DNA of 20,000 nucleotides from Chiloscyllium plagiosum (Eukaryota), in contig NC_057749.1 of assembly GCF_004010195.1 (NCBI RefSeq), positions 21,024,567-21,044,566 on the forward strand. The letters run 5' to 3'. Shown in pieces: positions 19,079-20,000 of the stretch. A program made the translations under genes and the position numbers. Position 1 is the first letter of the stretch. The number at the start of each line of letters is the position of its first letter. Below the pieces are notes generated by a model. That model saw only the letters and a program-made list of their open reading frames with translations, made no database searches and was not told the origin of the DNA.

Positions 19079-19632
19079 TTTTTATTTGTTCATGGTATAT
19101 GGGTGTCAGCATTTGTTACTCATCCCTAGTTCCTCTAGAGCAGAATGGCTTGCTAGGCCACTTCAGAGAGTCTGGATTAGTGGTGCTGGAAGAGCACAGC
19201 AGTTCAGGCAGCATCCAAGGAGCTTCGAAATCGATGTTTCTGGAAGGGCTTTTGCCCGAAATGTCGATTTCGAAGCTCCTTGGATGCTGCCTGAACTGCT
19301 GTGCTCTTCTAGCACCACTGATCCAGAATCTGGTTTCCAGCATCTGCAGTTGTTGTTTTTACCTCACTTCAGAGAGTCAACCACCATTGGTGTGGGCTCG
19401 GAGTGACACATAAGCAAGGCCAACTAAGAATGACAGTTTTCTTCTCTGAAGGACGCTATTAAACCAGATGGGTTTTTCAATGACAATTAAGAGCAACTTC
19501 ATGGTTATTAGACCTTCAATTCTTGTTGAGCTCAAATTCTGCCATCGGCTCTGGTGGGATCTGAACTTGGGTCCCCAGAACATTACCTGGGTCTCTGGAT
19601 TTCTAGTCCAGTGACAATATCACTACACCATC
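19075..19632 (-). mobile_element. tRNA-derived SINE (same family as 9110-10165), split by a PLE fold-back
   Basis: Minus-strand head ggtgtagtgatattgtcactggactagaaatccagagacccaggtaatgttctggggacccaagttcagatccc; tail tagggatgagtaacaaatgctg...ccatgaacaaataaaaa. Confidence 0.85.
19173..19364 (+). mobile_element. Fold-back Penelope-like element with a 14-bp TSD
   Basis: TSD CACTTCAGAGAGTC at 19159-19172 and 19365-19378; 70-bp arms 19171-19240 / 19258-19327 (4 mismatches); the loop holds GA-A-GGGC(TTTT)GCCC before GAAA-TGTC. Confidence 0.88.
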
Positions 19633-20000
19633 CCCAACTTCCAAATGTAGAATGATCAGAAAAGTTACAGCACCAAAGGAGGCTGTTCAGCATATTGTCT
19701 TCAGGCTGGCCTAGAGAGGAGCAGAGTTCTCAAATCTAACCCCAACTTCCTGCACATACCCTGCAGCACTGGAGGGGGGCTAACAGTCACAAGAGTTTAT
19801 TTTTGAATGTGAATAGTTCTGCCACCACTAAGTTTCATTTCTTAGCTTCCTTTTAATTTCACCCCTGTTTTTTTTGCCTCTCCTTCTCAGCTCATGTTGA
19901 GCTCCTGGCGTTTGAGGGTTTTTTTTTTGCATCATCTGACTCCGAATGTTCTGACATCTTTGGGGCAAGGCAGGGAGTGGGGTGAGAGAGTGGGGGGGGG

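Noticed and set aside
19171..19327. Fold-backs as MITEs or pre-miRNA genes
   Set aside because: The arms are asymmetric (one extends beyond the other), TSD lengths vary, and unpaired single-arm copies exist, which fits inverted PLE ends better.

Overview
Repeat-dense, intron-like vertebrate DNA. The repeat families (HE1-type V-SINEs, CR1/HER1-type LINEs, Deu-domain SINE relics) indicate a cartilaginous fish, most likely a shark; this is inferred from remembered consensus sequences, not from a search. There is no intact long ORF, and nearly all tracked ORFs derive from repeats. Roughly two thirds of the window is decayed, often nested retroelements. The most notable signal is about 10 short Penelope-like (PLE) pieces. 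Most carry a minimal type-I hammerhead-ribozyme motif (CTGAnGA-A-stemII-GAAA-CG/GC-TH) with three different self-complementary stem II sequences. Six have 8-15 bp target-site duplications (TSDs), three are long fold-backs, and most begin or invert at the ribozyme core. Also present: a 100-bp local inverted copy of a PLE end plus its flank, a 20-bp minisatellite inside a SINE promoter, and a well-delimited 75-nt candidate exon (minus strand) of an unidentified gene.
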